Origin: Gekko japonicus
Lineage: Eukaryota
Assembly: GCF_001447785.1 (NCBI RefSeq)
Contig: NW_015162029.1
Location: 112,343-176,342, forward strand
Reading direction: 5' to 3'
Length of the DNA stretch: 64,000 bases
Shown: piece by piece, positions 22,926-36,400 of the stretch
Position numbering within the stretch: position 1 is the first letter of the stretch
Layout: each line of letters begins with the position of its first letter
Program-made: the position numbers and the translations under genes
The notes under the pieces: generated by a model
What the model was told of the DNA's origin: nothing
Databases searched by the model: none
The model's input: the letters and a program-made list of their open reading frames with translations, nothing else

Positions 22926-25900
22926 GTAATTTATGACTGAAGCCAGCAATGCTGCTGTGTAGATGCCAGTTTACCCTTTTTGTTTTATGTGGTAATTTGC
23001 CAGCAAGGGCAGAAGTGGTGGCTGCGTGCCCCCTTGGCCTTGCAGCAGTCTGGAACATACGTGGTAGCATAGCAGATCTTCTCTTGCCCATCTTGTTGGC
23101 TACAATTGCAGGCATCTCTTAACAGGAACACAAATAGTCATTGGTGGCAAAATTCACTTGTGATACAATAGTAATTGTGTTTGTAATTAGCAAATATTAA
23201 ACCTTTTCATGATTAAAGTATATTTTTATTCTAATAAAGCTGATGTTTTGAAATGTTTGTCCCGTATTTGACTGATCGATCCCTTTTGACCTCACGTATG
23301 TGCAACACCAGTTTAAAAATTATTTCCATTAGTACATAGAAAACATAAGTTGTATAGTATTTTAATTATATAGGCTTTCTGCCTATATGCAAAGTACTGC
23401 AATAGACTCAGCGTGCTAATTATATGAGAAAAAGATATTTATAAACATGCAAAGATGACTCTCAGGATGTGGTGTTCATTCTTTTATGGCTTGGTTGTAA
23501 ACATGCAGATGTATTGAGTTCCTAGACACACAGATGTGTAGAGTTCTTGATGATGATAACATGGAATAAAAAGGAACTATAGAAGGGAACATTCAACAGA
23601 TATGTAGGAAAATGGTGACAGAACAGTGTAGGGGCGTACATATGTGTACTATAGCTTCTACAACAGGACAAGAATACATTTCCAGAACTCATTGGTCACA
23701 CCACACAAATTCTTTCCTTAAAGCTTTCTTTGAGCTTTTATCCATATTTTGATATTCCATCTTCCACATATTCCTGTTTTCTACGACTGTTTAGCCTTCC
23801 TAGAAAAATATGTTTGAGAATAGATTTGATTCCTGATGGCAATACCTTCAAAGCATGTTTTGCTTCCTCTTCTCAGCATTGCATGAGTATCATGGATGTT
23901 GTGATGCTTTGACATGAATATAATTTGATGCTGTGATTACTGTAATTTTTTTTAAGACTGAACCCGTGTCGTAAGATAAAGGTGGTAATGTCCCATCTGC
24001 TTTTTAATTACCTTTTCTACTTTAATTATCGCCCTTTACTTTAAATGGGTGCTTTACTTTTTGTGGGGGGGCATGTAAATTTGGATATGACAAAGAGCCA
24101 AGTTTGAAATACAATAATCAGGTATGCCTTGGAACTGTTAGTAATGAAACCAGTAAGAGGAGGGGCAACTCTTGCTATAATCCTAAACATTGTTTATGAT
24201 CTTGATTCGTCCACGTGTTTCAGTGTATAGGTGTTAGAATTTTGGAACAGGATCTTGATCTTACTTTTGGTAAAAGCTGCTCAGTCTTTGACCCTCTCTG
24301 TTCTGGAATTCCCTCTGTCTTTTTATAGCTTTATTTCCTTCCAAGTAGTGCACATTCCATCATTTCTGTGTACTGTCTTCTAATCCTTTGATGACTTGTG
24401 CAGCTTTCATTGAATATATTGTTCTCTTCTTTCTACTGTCATTTCTCCCCTCTTCTCATTATCTATATTTAACTGATCCCTCTCCTCCACTTATTTTCTC
24501 TGCTCTGCTAATGAAGTATTTGCCCATCTAGCACCTAGCTGTGGCTCATCACCTCCATTCAGTACTTAGATTTATACTTGTGCAAGCAGAATATTTCTGG
24601 AGATTAAAATAATTGTCAGATTTGGTCCATTATAACCTTTGCCTATCTTCCTCCTTTGCTGTCTTCCTGGCTAATGACCAGCTCCCTCCTGTGTAGATTT
24701 AAGTCTTCGGACAGCACTGGCTCTTTGGCTTGGATTCAACTAGCTTTCAACCTTTACTTTAAGCCCTTTGAAATCAATGGGCTTAGAGTGGAATAACTCT
24801 TCATAGGATGGTGTTCCAGGATTACTACACCACCTTAACAGAATTAATCTAGGAATCCTCAGTGCCTGCTGTGCCTGACTAGGGCTTACCCCACCACCGT
24901 TCTGGAACTTGCTTTCCACCCAACAGTTTGCTACTGCTTCAGTAATAAAATCAATCGACTCTTTATCCACCCTGTTCGAGCTCTCATGCCTACATTTCCC
25001 ATAACTTTTTCGTCCTTCCCCATACCCTGTCTCACTTGATAAATTTCTACATTTTTATCCTCATCTAACTTCCTTGCTTGTTCCCATGACCCTATCCCTT
25101 CAGCTCTTGCCATTCTCCCTTATTCCCACCACGGAATCAACTTCATTCTCTCTTTTGGAATCCCTGCACCATTCAGACTTGCAACATTTTCATTCTTTTC
25201 TTTAGAATCCTTCAAACAAAGGTTCCTGATTGCATGGAAAGTTCCCTGCAACCATGCAGTTGCATGCACCTAAACTGTGGAGGTTTAGAGCGGAGACGTG
25301 ATGTGTGATCATGCTTACCCTCCTATCACATTGAAAAAATATGTTGTTGAGCCTCCAATGGATCAAAGGCTAGAAAAAGCATAATAAAATGTTGTACCGA
25401 GCACATTAATATTAATACCAGTTGCAGTCTCTTGAAAATACAAGAAGACCACAGCCTCTCTGGCTTCATGTTGAAAAACTGATGGTTTTTTCAGAACAGT
25501 CATGCCAAGAATTTCCTCTCATTTTCTGTTCATGCATTTTTTTTTCTTTACCATTGTTTTAGATAAAGACAGAATTCTAAGGCTTTAGAGAGGCAGATGT
25601 TTGCATCCTTGGGCTATGGAAGCCTGTAAGTATTACATGTTGATTCATAACCAAATGTAACAGCTTGCTGCATTACTTTCTAACAAGCATTCACTAGTGC
25701 TTCTGAAATATCTTTAAGTGGGAATTATATTGTTGAATATACAGGCAACTGATATCACAACTGTGAACAGTAAGACTGTAATAACCTTTTATTACCTAGA
25801 AGTAATTAGGTCAGTACGGTATAGGACTAGGGCTAGATGTCAAAAACCCAAATTCAGATCTTGCTGGGCCTTGTAGCAGCTGTGGGTGAATCACTACCAT

Positions 25901-26889
25901 GGCCTACCTGAGTGGGATGTTGTGAAATTGAAATGCCACCCAGAGCACCATGCAGGAAAGGCAATATTATGTTATAATGATTAAGGGGGAAAAACTAGAG
26001 GCAGACATTAAAAATTACTGCAAGTGATGTCCAGTTAACAAAGTTGTATAGGAACAAGTATTTCAGGTGAATGTTTTCTTTGAGTTAGATTTTATTATCT
26101 ATCCTAATGAGCTTTCCAATTTGAATTTATTATGTTAGCCAAAAGCATAATTATCAGTAATTTTTATAGTTTCCATCTGTCTTGCTCGTAGCTTGTTAAT
26201 TTTTAATATGATTCATTTTTTACTGCAGTTTGTTCACACTTAGTTGGATGAGAAGTAGTATTAATAAGACATCCTGCTTCCTGCTAGTTTGGAGATTTTA
26301 ATTGGTATAAACAATATAGTTTAGTAGAAGAGGAAAAATGAGACATAATTGTACTTCTGAAAGCATCTCTTTACTGAGAGGGAACATCTTTTATTTAAAT
26401 GATAAATAATCTATATAGGACATACAACACACTAAAATAAATTGGAGCAGTGCAAGTCATTACAGTAATCTTCTGCATATTTTACACTTGTGTAGAGTTC
26501 CCTGAGGATCATGGCCTACAAGGTGCAATCCACAGACATGGTCTCCTGCAGAAGCTCCTTGGAAACAAGTGGGCATTTCCACTTTAATGAGCCCTATGTG
26601 AAAAATTTCCCTGTTGCACTTTTTTGCTAGTCTTTCATCTTGCTGTTCACACATTTTAAGAAAGAAATAGATTAATCCATAGAGGATTTGCAGAGTATGA
26701 TCCATAATAGGTGATTTAATGAACATGAGGCTAATGTGTGGGTGGGCAGATTCTCTCTGCAGAAAGAATGCTGGTACAGACTTAAGATTATTATCTTGCC
26801 CTGTGTTAATTACATTTCTTCATCTTAGGATGGTCTGTGAAATCCACAGCAGTATTCAAGTCTGTAGTACTAGATTTCTCATGAACCTA

Positions 26890-27090
26890 TGCACCTGGCC
26901 TGTACTGGATCAGACCTTTGGCCTGTCAAAATCAGTATTGTCTCCTGACCGGCAGTGGCTCTCCAGGGACTGGTAGAGGCCTGTCCATTACCTAATTAGC
27001 TGATCCTTTTTTCTAAAGGTGCTGGTGATTGAACCAGGGACTTTATGCATGTAAAGCAGATGCTCTACTATTGAGCCACTTCCTTGTCCC
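26890..27090 (-). mobile_element. tRNA-derived SINE (Squam2-like), degenerate
   Basis: gattgaaccagggact..gcagatgctctactattgagcc is the reverse complement of a tRNA-like head. Confidence 0.55.
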
Positions 27091-27717
27091 AGTCCAGCTT
27101 TTTGGCCTAGTTATGAACCAGGATCGCTTTTGTCACCATGTTGGGTGACCTTTACCTAGGGCAAGATGAAGGACTGCAATCCTTTTGCTCCTCCTGCATC
27201 TCTTTCTGTCTTTAAATACCACCAGCTTTGTTATCCTGATGGGATTGTCCATCAGATTTAGGAGTTGGATACAGCATTCTCTTTTGGTTCTGGCTCTAGC
27301 TGGGCAGATTCAGTAGGTATAGTTGATGCACTGTTCTTCTCTCCCCACGTTATTTATGCCATTGGCTGCCCAGGCTGTTGTCCCCCCCGTGTTCTTCAAT
27401 ATCTATCTACACTAAACGTCTGTGTAAAATCATCCAGCAATTTGAAGTGAGGTTTGCCAATATGCAAATGACATCAAGTTCTGCCTCTCCTCTATATTTG
27501 AATCCACTGCAATAGGGAACATTCTGAGTAGGTGCTTGGAGTCAGTAATGGGCTGGATTATGCTATTAAAGTTCTGTCCAGAAAAGAGAGCGGTACTGTT
27601 AGTGTTGATTGATTCACTGAGTTTAGTAGGGTTTCTCCTGTTCTAGATAGATTCCACCCCCCTTAAAGATCCGGTGCAGTTAATGAGTACTTAAATACAG
27701 TAAATGCAGTTGGGGCG

Positions 27718-27923
27718 CAATGTTCCCTCTAAGCTGTGGAGTCTTGTGAGCAAAAATTCTACTTTGTGAGCTACGGGCATTAAAGTTGTGAGCAAGCAAT
27801 TTGGCTACTGCATAAATTAGTTTGTTCTGGAGCCATCGTTCCTGAGCTAAGACAAAAATGTGTGAGCTGGAGGCGAAAAAACTGTGAGCTAGCTCACACT
27901 AACTCAGCTTAGAGGGAACACTG
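27718..27923. mobile_element. hAT-type MITE, copy 2
   Basis: TIRs caatgttccctctaagctg / cagcttagagggaacactg; flanks gttgggg(c)g / gttggggg. Confidence 0.88.
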
Positions 27924-28140
27924 GTTGGGGGTACTTAAATCCATCTGGAACTCTGATAGCATCCATTGCATATAGTACTTTTGAGCAACTTCAGCTGGTG
28001 TGCCAATGCTTCTAGATAGAAGGAATCTTTCCGCTGTTATCCAGCTCCAGTAACTTCTAGGCTCAATTACTGTAATGTGTTGTAATGTAACATTTTCCTT
28101 AAGGACACTTAAAAACTGATCCAGAATATAGCAGCCAGAC

Positions 28141-28781
28141 TGTGAGCTAGCTCACACTAACTCTTTTGAAGCTCGGGAAAAAACCCGTTTTTTCCCCAGT
28201 TTTTTCCGGAAAAAAATGGAAATTTTCGGGAAAATTGAAAAAAATGCTACATTAGCACTTCTTTTGTCTTTTCTAGATTGAAAGTCATTCTGTTACTTTA
28301 GGAACACAAAATATGACTATGGACATTTTTACTTGGCATGAAATGATCACAACTAGCATATTAAAAATATAGTGAATCCAAACAGTTATTACAAACAGAA
28401 TACCCGCCCACATGCAAAAACAAAACTGAAACCTTTTTCTTTTCTCGTGATAATAGCATCTCATAAAGGAAGAAACGCATCTTGTTCTTGCATTGGAGAG
28501 TTCAGTTTGTAAGCTAGGACTTGCTTGTCCTCAGTGCACAGAAATTAGATCAATCTGATACCACATATATATATTTTAGAAATGATTTGGAAAATATTTG
28601 AACACCTTGTCTTAAAATATTTTATCCATCATGTTAAAATAAAACGTTCCATAATCAATTTTTTCTTTTCTTTTTTCAATTTTTCAGAAAAAAACAAAAA
28701 AGGCTTCAGGGGGAAAAAAACGGGAAAAAACTGTTTCCCCCCCGAATTTTTCTGGTTTTTTTCCGGGCCTTCACATCTCTA
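28141..28781. mobile_element. hAT-type non-autonomous element (TAGAGATGTG TIR family) with altered left end
   Basis: Right end ..gggccttcacatctcta; long imperfect subterminal inverted repeats; perfect 8-bp TSD AGCCAGAC (28133-28140, 28782-28789). Confidence 0.8.
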
Positions 28782-29109
28782 AGCCAGACTAATAGTTGGG
28801 CCTGACCATAGGAAGCATGTTTCCCAAAGTCTGAAAGAATTTGGAAATTTGGGGGTTTGCTTGTGCTTTAACTTTCTGAAATGTTTGATTTTATGTTGTG
28901 GTTTTTTTGGTTTGTTTTCTGTTTTAAATTTTTAATTAGTTTAGTTGTTAATTTATAGCCTGGCTTTCTCGCTGACTGTAAATTAATTCAGTCAATCGGA
29001 TGAGACATCTGATAAGCAATATAATGGACTAGGATTACACATACCTGAAACATATCAGAGTATTAGACATGCTGTGTTAAACAGTGCAGAAGACAGCGTT
29101 ATATAAGTA

Positions 29110-29562
29110 CAAGAGGCGGGACCCGCGATACTCGCGGGGGGGAGGTATTTTCCACAGCTCCCGGCCTACATAAGTAGGAGATGCGGCAGCAGGTGAGGCC
29201 AGCCTTCTCCCTCCCCCCCAGTGGCGGCAGCAAGGTCGGCCCGCCAAGCTTTCAGCAAGGCCGGCCCACCAAGCTTCCCTCCCCAGCGGCGGCGAGGCCA
29301 GCCCGCCAAGCCTTTTCCCATCCCCTGTGGCGGTGGCGACGAAGCCTTCTCAGAGCATTCCCTGTGTATGCACAGGGAACGCTCCTTTACTTTTGGGGGG
29401 ATTTAAGTATCCCCCCTATAGTTTTTTACAGTTTTTAGATTTTTCTGCACATCTGGGGATTGCCCCAAATGTGCAGGAAAATCTCCCTGCCCCTCAGGTG
29501 CCCCTGATGTGCGGATTTAGATATCTGCACGTGGGGGGTGCCTTGGCTATTAGATATATAGA
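29110..29562 (-). mobile_element. Non-autonomous Helitron (453 bp), CpG-rich
   Basis: Minus strand starts TCTATATATCTAATAG; 3' hairpin cccgcga-gta-tcgcggg followed by CTTG (one mismatch to CTAG); A|T target, no TSD. Confidence 0.78.
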
Positions 29563-30469
29563 TAAAATACATTGGGAGTAGAATACAGGAAACAAATAAT
29601 AATACTATACCCTTTTCAGAGTCCTGTTCCCTTTATAACATCAACTTTTGGGGCCATAATATAGTCTTATTTTCTTTATAAACATTCTCTCAAAAGGAGG
29701 AAGGTAAAATGTCCTTCAAGACCTCAGCATTACCAACCAGCATTATTCAAGCAAATTGGACCATGGGCCCAAATTCAACAGGCCCCTGATCAAGCTGACC
29801 CCAGCCACTGTAATTGCACTTTCATTATTCCATGTGGGGAATTTTCAGAGGTGCCAGCGTGGCTATTTTTCAACCAAATGACACTAAAATAGCCATGGAG
29901 TGAGTGATGCCTGTCCATTAAAGAACCCCAAGTTTCAAGCAAATTGGGCCAAGGGGCTCAGTTCTATGAGCCCCTGTACAAGGTGCTCTCAGCTGTCTAT
30001 TTTTCCAACCATAGTACTTGTAAAGAAAAAGAAGGCTCTTCCCCCAGAAAGGACAGAAGGAAAGAGAACTGCAGTTCTCTGCAGATTGTCTCCAAAGGTG
30101 ATTGACTGGGGGAATACTCTATGCTCCTCCCTTGCAAGGATTGATTGGAAGGGAGAAATGTCATTATTCTGGAAATCAGTAGGATCTAAAAGCACAAGCA
30201 CATAACTGTAGTTGGCTAGCAGCTGCCAAAGACAAAAAAAATAACACATCTTGTTCTGGGAAAGGTTTTTTTGAAATAACTTAGAATCTTGGCTTTGTGT
30301 TACTGTTCTAGGAAATAACGGTAATGACTTGAACCTGCAATTTCCGTGTACATCTACGGCTCAGGGATTTTGTTTTGCACACCACTAGTATTCATTAATG
30401 GAGCTCAGTAATAATCAGATGCACTTGTGGTGTTGTGTGTCTGCTCTTTTCATATCACCCATTGTTCAC

Positions 30470-30585
30470 CAGGCATTTCAAGAAACTGGCTGACGAATGA
30501 TCTGACAAAGGGAGCTTTGACTCTCAGAAGCTCATACCTTGAGAGTCTTGTTGGTCTCTAAGGTGCTGCTGGACTTGAATCTGCC
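30470..30585 (+). mobile_element. Penelope-like terminal fragment
   Basis: ctgacaaagggagctttgactctcagaagctcat..gttggtctctaaggtgc, homologous to 17770-17888. Confidence 0.6.
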
Positions 30586-31949
30586 TGATGATTTTTTTCA
30601 TAAGGAAATTCATTTCAAAGTGTTCTAGAAACAACAGGGTGTCAGGAAGAATCTGTGGCATTTATATGAAATCTGAAGAAAGAACTATTTCTTACTAATT
30701 GATCAAGTTAGTAAAATTGTCTAAACATTCTATGTGCATTAGGTGTCCTGGGTTTATGAAAACACATTTTGGCATTGGAGTTTTGGGCTTATTCTCTTAG
30801 GGATGCTCACTCTATTATCCCTTCAGAATGCTCGATCTATCATTGGATTAAAGCCAAGCGACCAGGAGTATAAAATGATTAGATTGCTATAAATTCTACT
30901 TATTACTTGGTATTTGCTGCAGGCTGTGTACACAATTTGGCAGCATGCCTGCAATTATGCTGTTCATTTAAATTCAGATTATAATTTGAAGGACTAAATG
31001 TATTTTTGCTTCTGCAGTTTTTGAATATAGAGTCCATTGCCAGAACTGTATTCTAATGGAATTCTGTTTCTACTATTAAATATTGTGATACCACAATGAA
31101 ACGGCAATAGTGACATGGTGCTAAAAATCTAAAATTGTCAGGCTGTCATTCAGCCTGAAAAATAGACATAAATAAAACGTAATTGATTTTTCTAAAGTCG
31201 CTTATCACTGTGGCATTGGGGGATCAAGATGAGTTATTTAAAAGGGGGTGGAACACATTTAGAGTTGGATCCAGACTAACATTTTGGCAGGTGTGAGGAT
31301 TTTCACTCACTCTGTGTGATTTTTCCAATCTCCCCCTCCAATGGCAGCCCAAAATGCCCCCCCCCAGTCCTGTTCTATGGGGGTCCTGTGTCCCCAGCAA
31401 CAGGATTTGGGGGGAATGCCAGACAGCCATGGGAGGGGGAGGCAGAAAAAAATCACACTCTTTAGGTAGAAATCCTAGCACCTGTGAAAGTGTCTAGTCC
31501 AAATGCAGGTCTTGAAGTACCATTGGACATGAAAGAATAGATCCAATGCTTTTAAAATCCTGGCCCACATACAGAATAAGCAGAACAAGAAAGAGAGCTG
31601 TCTGTCTCCTTTCTGTTTCACTGCTCTCTTGCAGAAGAAGAGATTAGTCTAAGGATCATTGATGTGAAAACTCTCAAAAGGCCCAGAGAATGGAAAGAAG
31701 GCATTAAAAAACCCACTCTTTATATACTGTGTTTCCTGTATAGCCAAAGGAGGTGTACTATCATGTTCGTAAGCCACGTAATATAATTAAAGCCATACAA
31801 ATACACATCCTTAAACTCAGAGCTTTCGAACAAAAACAATACCACATTAATCTCAGCTAAATTTTCTTTTAGCAGTCTGCAATATAATTTTAGTTTTAAA
31901 TCTAGTGGGGAAAATTCCCCATAGCAAAAGCACGTTCTTACAGGGCTTG

Positions 31950-33420
31950 TAGAAAGCTATTGATGTTGGTGGTTTCCAAACAGCCTTTGGTGGTCTATTC
32001 CCACAGTACATGGGCAGGTGAAAAAACTTGGGAAGAGGCATAGGTGCACAACAGAGAAACTGCTGGGAAGAGTGCAATGTTGCAGAGGTTAATGCAAGGA
32101 GAGAGAATCTTTCAGATATGTAGGTCCCAGGCTATAAAGGTAAGAACCACCACATTGAATTGAACTTTGAAGCAATTAGAAGACAGTGCAGGTACTTCAT
32201 GATTCATGCTGTATGTACCTAGCTGCTAAATCCTGTTCAGTAGCCAGGCAGCTTCATTTTATGCTAACTGAAGCTTCAAGTGTGGACCAATGTAGAGTGT
32301 AAATATTTTTTCTGGAGCTTACAGAAACATGGATCTGAGTACCTAGATGAGCAAAATCTTAAAGGGAGGACAGTTTCTGAGACAGATACAGATTAAAAAT
32401 AAACGTTCTTAGCAATAGTTCCACCCTGTTTCTCCATTAATAAGGCTGGGTCGGACTTCCGATCTGGACTCCGCGAATGGCGGACGCAACCTCGGGACGC
32501 TCCCAAGGGCGTTTTCGCCCGCCCGCAGTTAAGGGGGGAATCCGCGCAAGCCGAGACCCGGACGAGCCCCAAGTAGGGGCTCCGACTCGGGGCGCGCGAG
32601 GGGTTGCCTCTTTCTCGGCCGGAAGGTCGGAAATTGAGGCTCCCCTCATGCCCCAATGAACCTTGCCGCGTCAGCGATTTGATAAATGTAAACAAAAATC
32701 AAGATGACGGAGCTGGACGGAGAAACTAGTGAACAAGAAAGGAGGAGCTTCCGGGCGGGCGTTCTTTTTTTAGAGCCGGCTGTTAACTAACTGGACTGTG
32801 AATGACTGTGATCCTCACTGGGAAATGCAAAAAGTGAATTGAACTGTGACGAGCCAGGAAAGTGCTTTTAGAAAATCAACGGAGGTGGGAAAGGGTCTAG
32901 CTAAGAGAATGGCAGCGTTTAAATTTAAAGTCGAAAGACAGAAAAAGAGTAAATCCATTCTCAAAGCTTAGGACTTTTCGAAGAGGCACGCCAGAGTAAG
33001 GATTGCGGCAGTTGCAGTTTGTAAACAGGGGCGAGAACAGCGACCTGAAGGAGGAGACGAAAAGCCGGAGAGGAGAAAGCGGGGGAAGATCCTTCCTGTA
33101 TCCGGATGTTCCTTCCTGTATCCGGATGTTAAAAGAAGCCAGCCCCGAAATGGAAGATGGGTTCGGAAAGCGCTTGAAAAGATTTTACTAACAATGCACC
33201 ATTGGGACACTACTAATAACATGGACAGTGTACATGATTGGCATGATGAAAGAAGATTGACAACTCACTGAAGAAGAAAAGCAATAAAATTCTCTCCTTT
33301 TTAGGAGAGTTTATATATATATATATATATAAAAACAAAGGCTGGGTCCAAGAGGATTTCCAGATTCTTTACCTAACGATAACATTTCACCATTTATAAT
33401 GGGTAATCAATCCACATCAG
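31950..33420 (-). mobile_element. Old L2 fragment interrupted by the 32453-33337 insertion
   Basis: Degenerate reverse complement of L2 ORF2 C-terminal motifs on both sides of the insertion. Confidence 0.5.
32453..33337 (+). mobile_element. 885-bp CpG-rich TPRT insertion resembling an L1 5'UTR, with poly(A) signal and 11-bp TSD
   Basis: TSD AAGGCTGGGTC (32442-32452, 33338-33348). Starts GGACTTCCG..AATGGCGG; AATAAA at 33283; (TA)n plus A-rich tail. Confidence 0.8.
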
Positions 33421-33428
33421 AACATCAG

Positions 33429-36400
33429 TTCATCACTGTGGCTTCTGTGCAGTCCCATGTGGTGATTGCATAATCACAGGCCTGTCATGGGGTATGAGCC
33501 TTCAAGATTTCAGAACTTTCCAGTAGGAGTGCTCCCCCTCCCCTCTGTTTTGAGCCCTTCTTTTCCTGGCCAAAGGGTCATGTGACAGAGGTGGGGAGAT
33601 CACTCCTCCCTCAGTTCTCTTCTTGCTGCTGTGATAAGAAGACAAGCTTTGTAGAATCTCTGTATTCAACGTTTATCTGGAGTTGTCTCACCTTCTCAGC
33701 TTAGTAGGATGGCCTTATTTAAGACATGTGGAGACTGTGGGTCTAAAATGATCCAAAACAATGAGTATACATAGTGTCTTTTATGTCTGAGGGAAGGCCA
33801 CAATACTGCCTTCTGCCCCGCATGCCGCTGTTTAATCCCAAAGGCCTAGGAGGGTAGAGCAGCCAGACTGAAAGCAGCATTGTGGGGGAAAGCCCTGGGT
33901 GCTCCAGACCCCTGTGCTGAAAAACAAGCTCAGCCTGAAAAAAGACTAAGAGCTGCCTCAGTACTGACACTGTCATTATCGGAGGCGTGCTTTTGGGGGG
34001 GGGGGGGGGGGGGGGATCATCAGTGCAGACATTAGTGTCGGAGCTGCCACAGAAAAAGGTGAAGAAGAAAGTGGTGCATGCTCCATGCAGCTCCCCTTGA
34101 CATCGATCACCCTGTTTACATTGTCGGCAGTTATTGTCCCCTTGACACCAAGGAACACCATCCCCACAAGCTCAAGGATCAATTTCCCCTTGAGGTCGAC
34201 CAGGCTTGCCGGACCAACACCGACCAGTGGACTTCTCTCAAAGTCAACTCTTGATTCCTACACTTTGACAGTCGAGGCTGCCTTGATGCCGACCATCACT
34301 GAATCAGATCGATGTAGAGTCATTGTCATATCTGAGAACTCTGTCTGTCGGGACATGACCATGCTTCTCCAGGAGTATCAGAAGATGATGTATTCGAGGT
34401 CCCACTTCCTAAAGCAGTTCCTCCACAACACCAGTGACAGCAAGCAACTCAGCCAACGTCGGTTCTGTGACTCCCACAGCAAGGTCCACAGTTTCCATTC
34501 CCAATGGTATGCCCACCACAATGGGACCCCCAGTCATCTTACCCACCCTATGGTTGTCAGCTTCCACGACCTGTTTCAGACAGTAAGAAACAAGAGTGAG
34601 CGCATGACAAACAACTGATGGCTGAGATGGAATTGTGCTTTCCATCTGAATCAGAGAGGTATGGACCAAGGGTCCAATGTTCATTTGGAGGGAACTTCTA
34701 TGCCCTTTCCCAGTGAAACTGTTGGGGAACCACCTGCCCCATCACCCATGGAGGGTCTCAAGCTGTACTCCAAGAAGCTTATTTGCATGGTGAAGCCACT
34801 TGAATTAGAATATCTTTCTTACGAATCACAACCTTCCGACTCAATTGTGAAGGTCCTCAACACTCTGGATTCTGACCCAGTCGCCCTGCCCATGCTACAG
34901 TGCATCCAAGACATAGCTTTGGATGTGTGGTCAAAACCATCATCTATGTCAACTTCAGCAAGGAAGTTCGAGAACTTGTATAGAGTTAGAGAAGATATCT
35001 GTTCCTGTTTCAACACCCATAGGCAAACTAATTAGGGTCCAGAGTGCTCACAGCAAGAAACAGAGTGGATGCTCACTCATCACCCTTGGACAAAGAGGAA
35101 TGCAAGCTGGACTATTTAGGTTGCAAGGTCTACTCCTCTGGGGCAATGGGACTGAGGGGACTGTTGTCTTTACATGAGGTTCTGACTCTGTTGAAAGAGG
35201 ATCTTTGGTTCATAGCCCTCAGTCTGAAGGATACATATTTTCAGATAGCAATTTATGAGTCTTACAGAAAGTATCAGATTCAGCTACAACCGGACCACTT
35301 ACAAATATACAGTTTCTCCACAGCACCCAAGAGTGTTTACAAAGTGCAACTCAGTAGGGGTGGCTTACTTGAGGCTGCAGGGGTATACATTATAGCCGTA
35401 TTGGCTCTTTGTAGACAGTTCCCTTTAACAATTAGACCAGCACCCGGCATTTGTGCTACAGACCCTATATGAGCTGAGTTTCATAATTATTTGGGAGAAA
35501 TCCTGCCTTTCTCCCACACAGTCTGTTGATTGCATTGGAGCCACAATTAACTCAGTTAAAGGGAAAGTATACCTCCCAACCTAGAGGGTGAAGTCTATGA
35601 TAAGCTTGGTTAAAGAGGTTTTTGGCTAAGGGATTCTAGTCAGCACAGTGTATTCCAAAAACTGCTGGGTCACATGGTGTCAACTACAGCAATGGTCCCA
35701 CGTGCTAAGTTATGCATGAGACTATTGTAGAATTGGTTTATATGCATGTTTCATGCTGTAATATATCCGCAGTGGGAAAACCTATTGGTTCCCAGGGCCA
35801 TTTTCAGAAGTCTAATATGGTGGGCTAAGTTAGGGAACTTACTCAAGGGTGTTCCCTTAGAGATTTGATCTTGTGATGTTCAAGGGATCACAGATGCTTC
35901 CCTCACAGGATGGAGGGGGGCACAGCACCAACTTCAAGTGCTATCAGTTTTGTTCCAGGGAATCCACTGGGGATACCTTCCAGTTTGCATGACATGATCA
36001 ACTGTTTTATGGGTTCCCCCCTTTAGAATCATATACAAGGTGGTGGCCACATGTATCCTTCTAGCCCTGCACTAGCCCAGGAAGGTATGGTTCTTGACTC
36101 TATGGGCATTGGCCAGAGGAGTACACGAGCCCCTACCACCAGCAGGGCACCTTCTTCATGTAGGCCCTGTTCTTCACCCAGATGGTAAGTCTCTACATTT
36201 GATGACATGGCTGATTCACCTGTAGGTGGCCTATCACAGAGAGTCAAAGAGGTCATTATCACCTCCCACAAGCCTTTCACTCGTAGATCATATTATTTGA
36301 AATGGAAAAGGTTCACAGTCTGGGCAGATGAACAGACTAGACACTTGCAATTTATCTAACATATTCAATTACCTGCTACTGTTGAAGAATGGAGGTCTTG

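Noticed and set aside
32453-32780. CpG island as the B3GLCT promoter
   Set aside because: It lies in intron 4 inside a TSD-flanked insertion; exon 1 is upstream of the window.
34085-34618. 177-aa ORF
   Set aside because: Low-complexity frame within the decayed DIRS gag.
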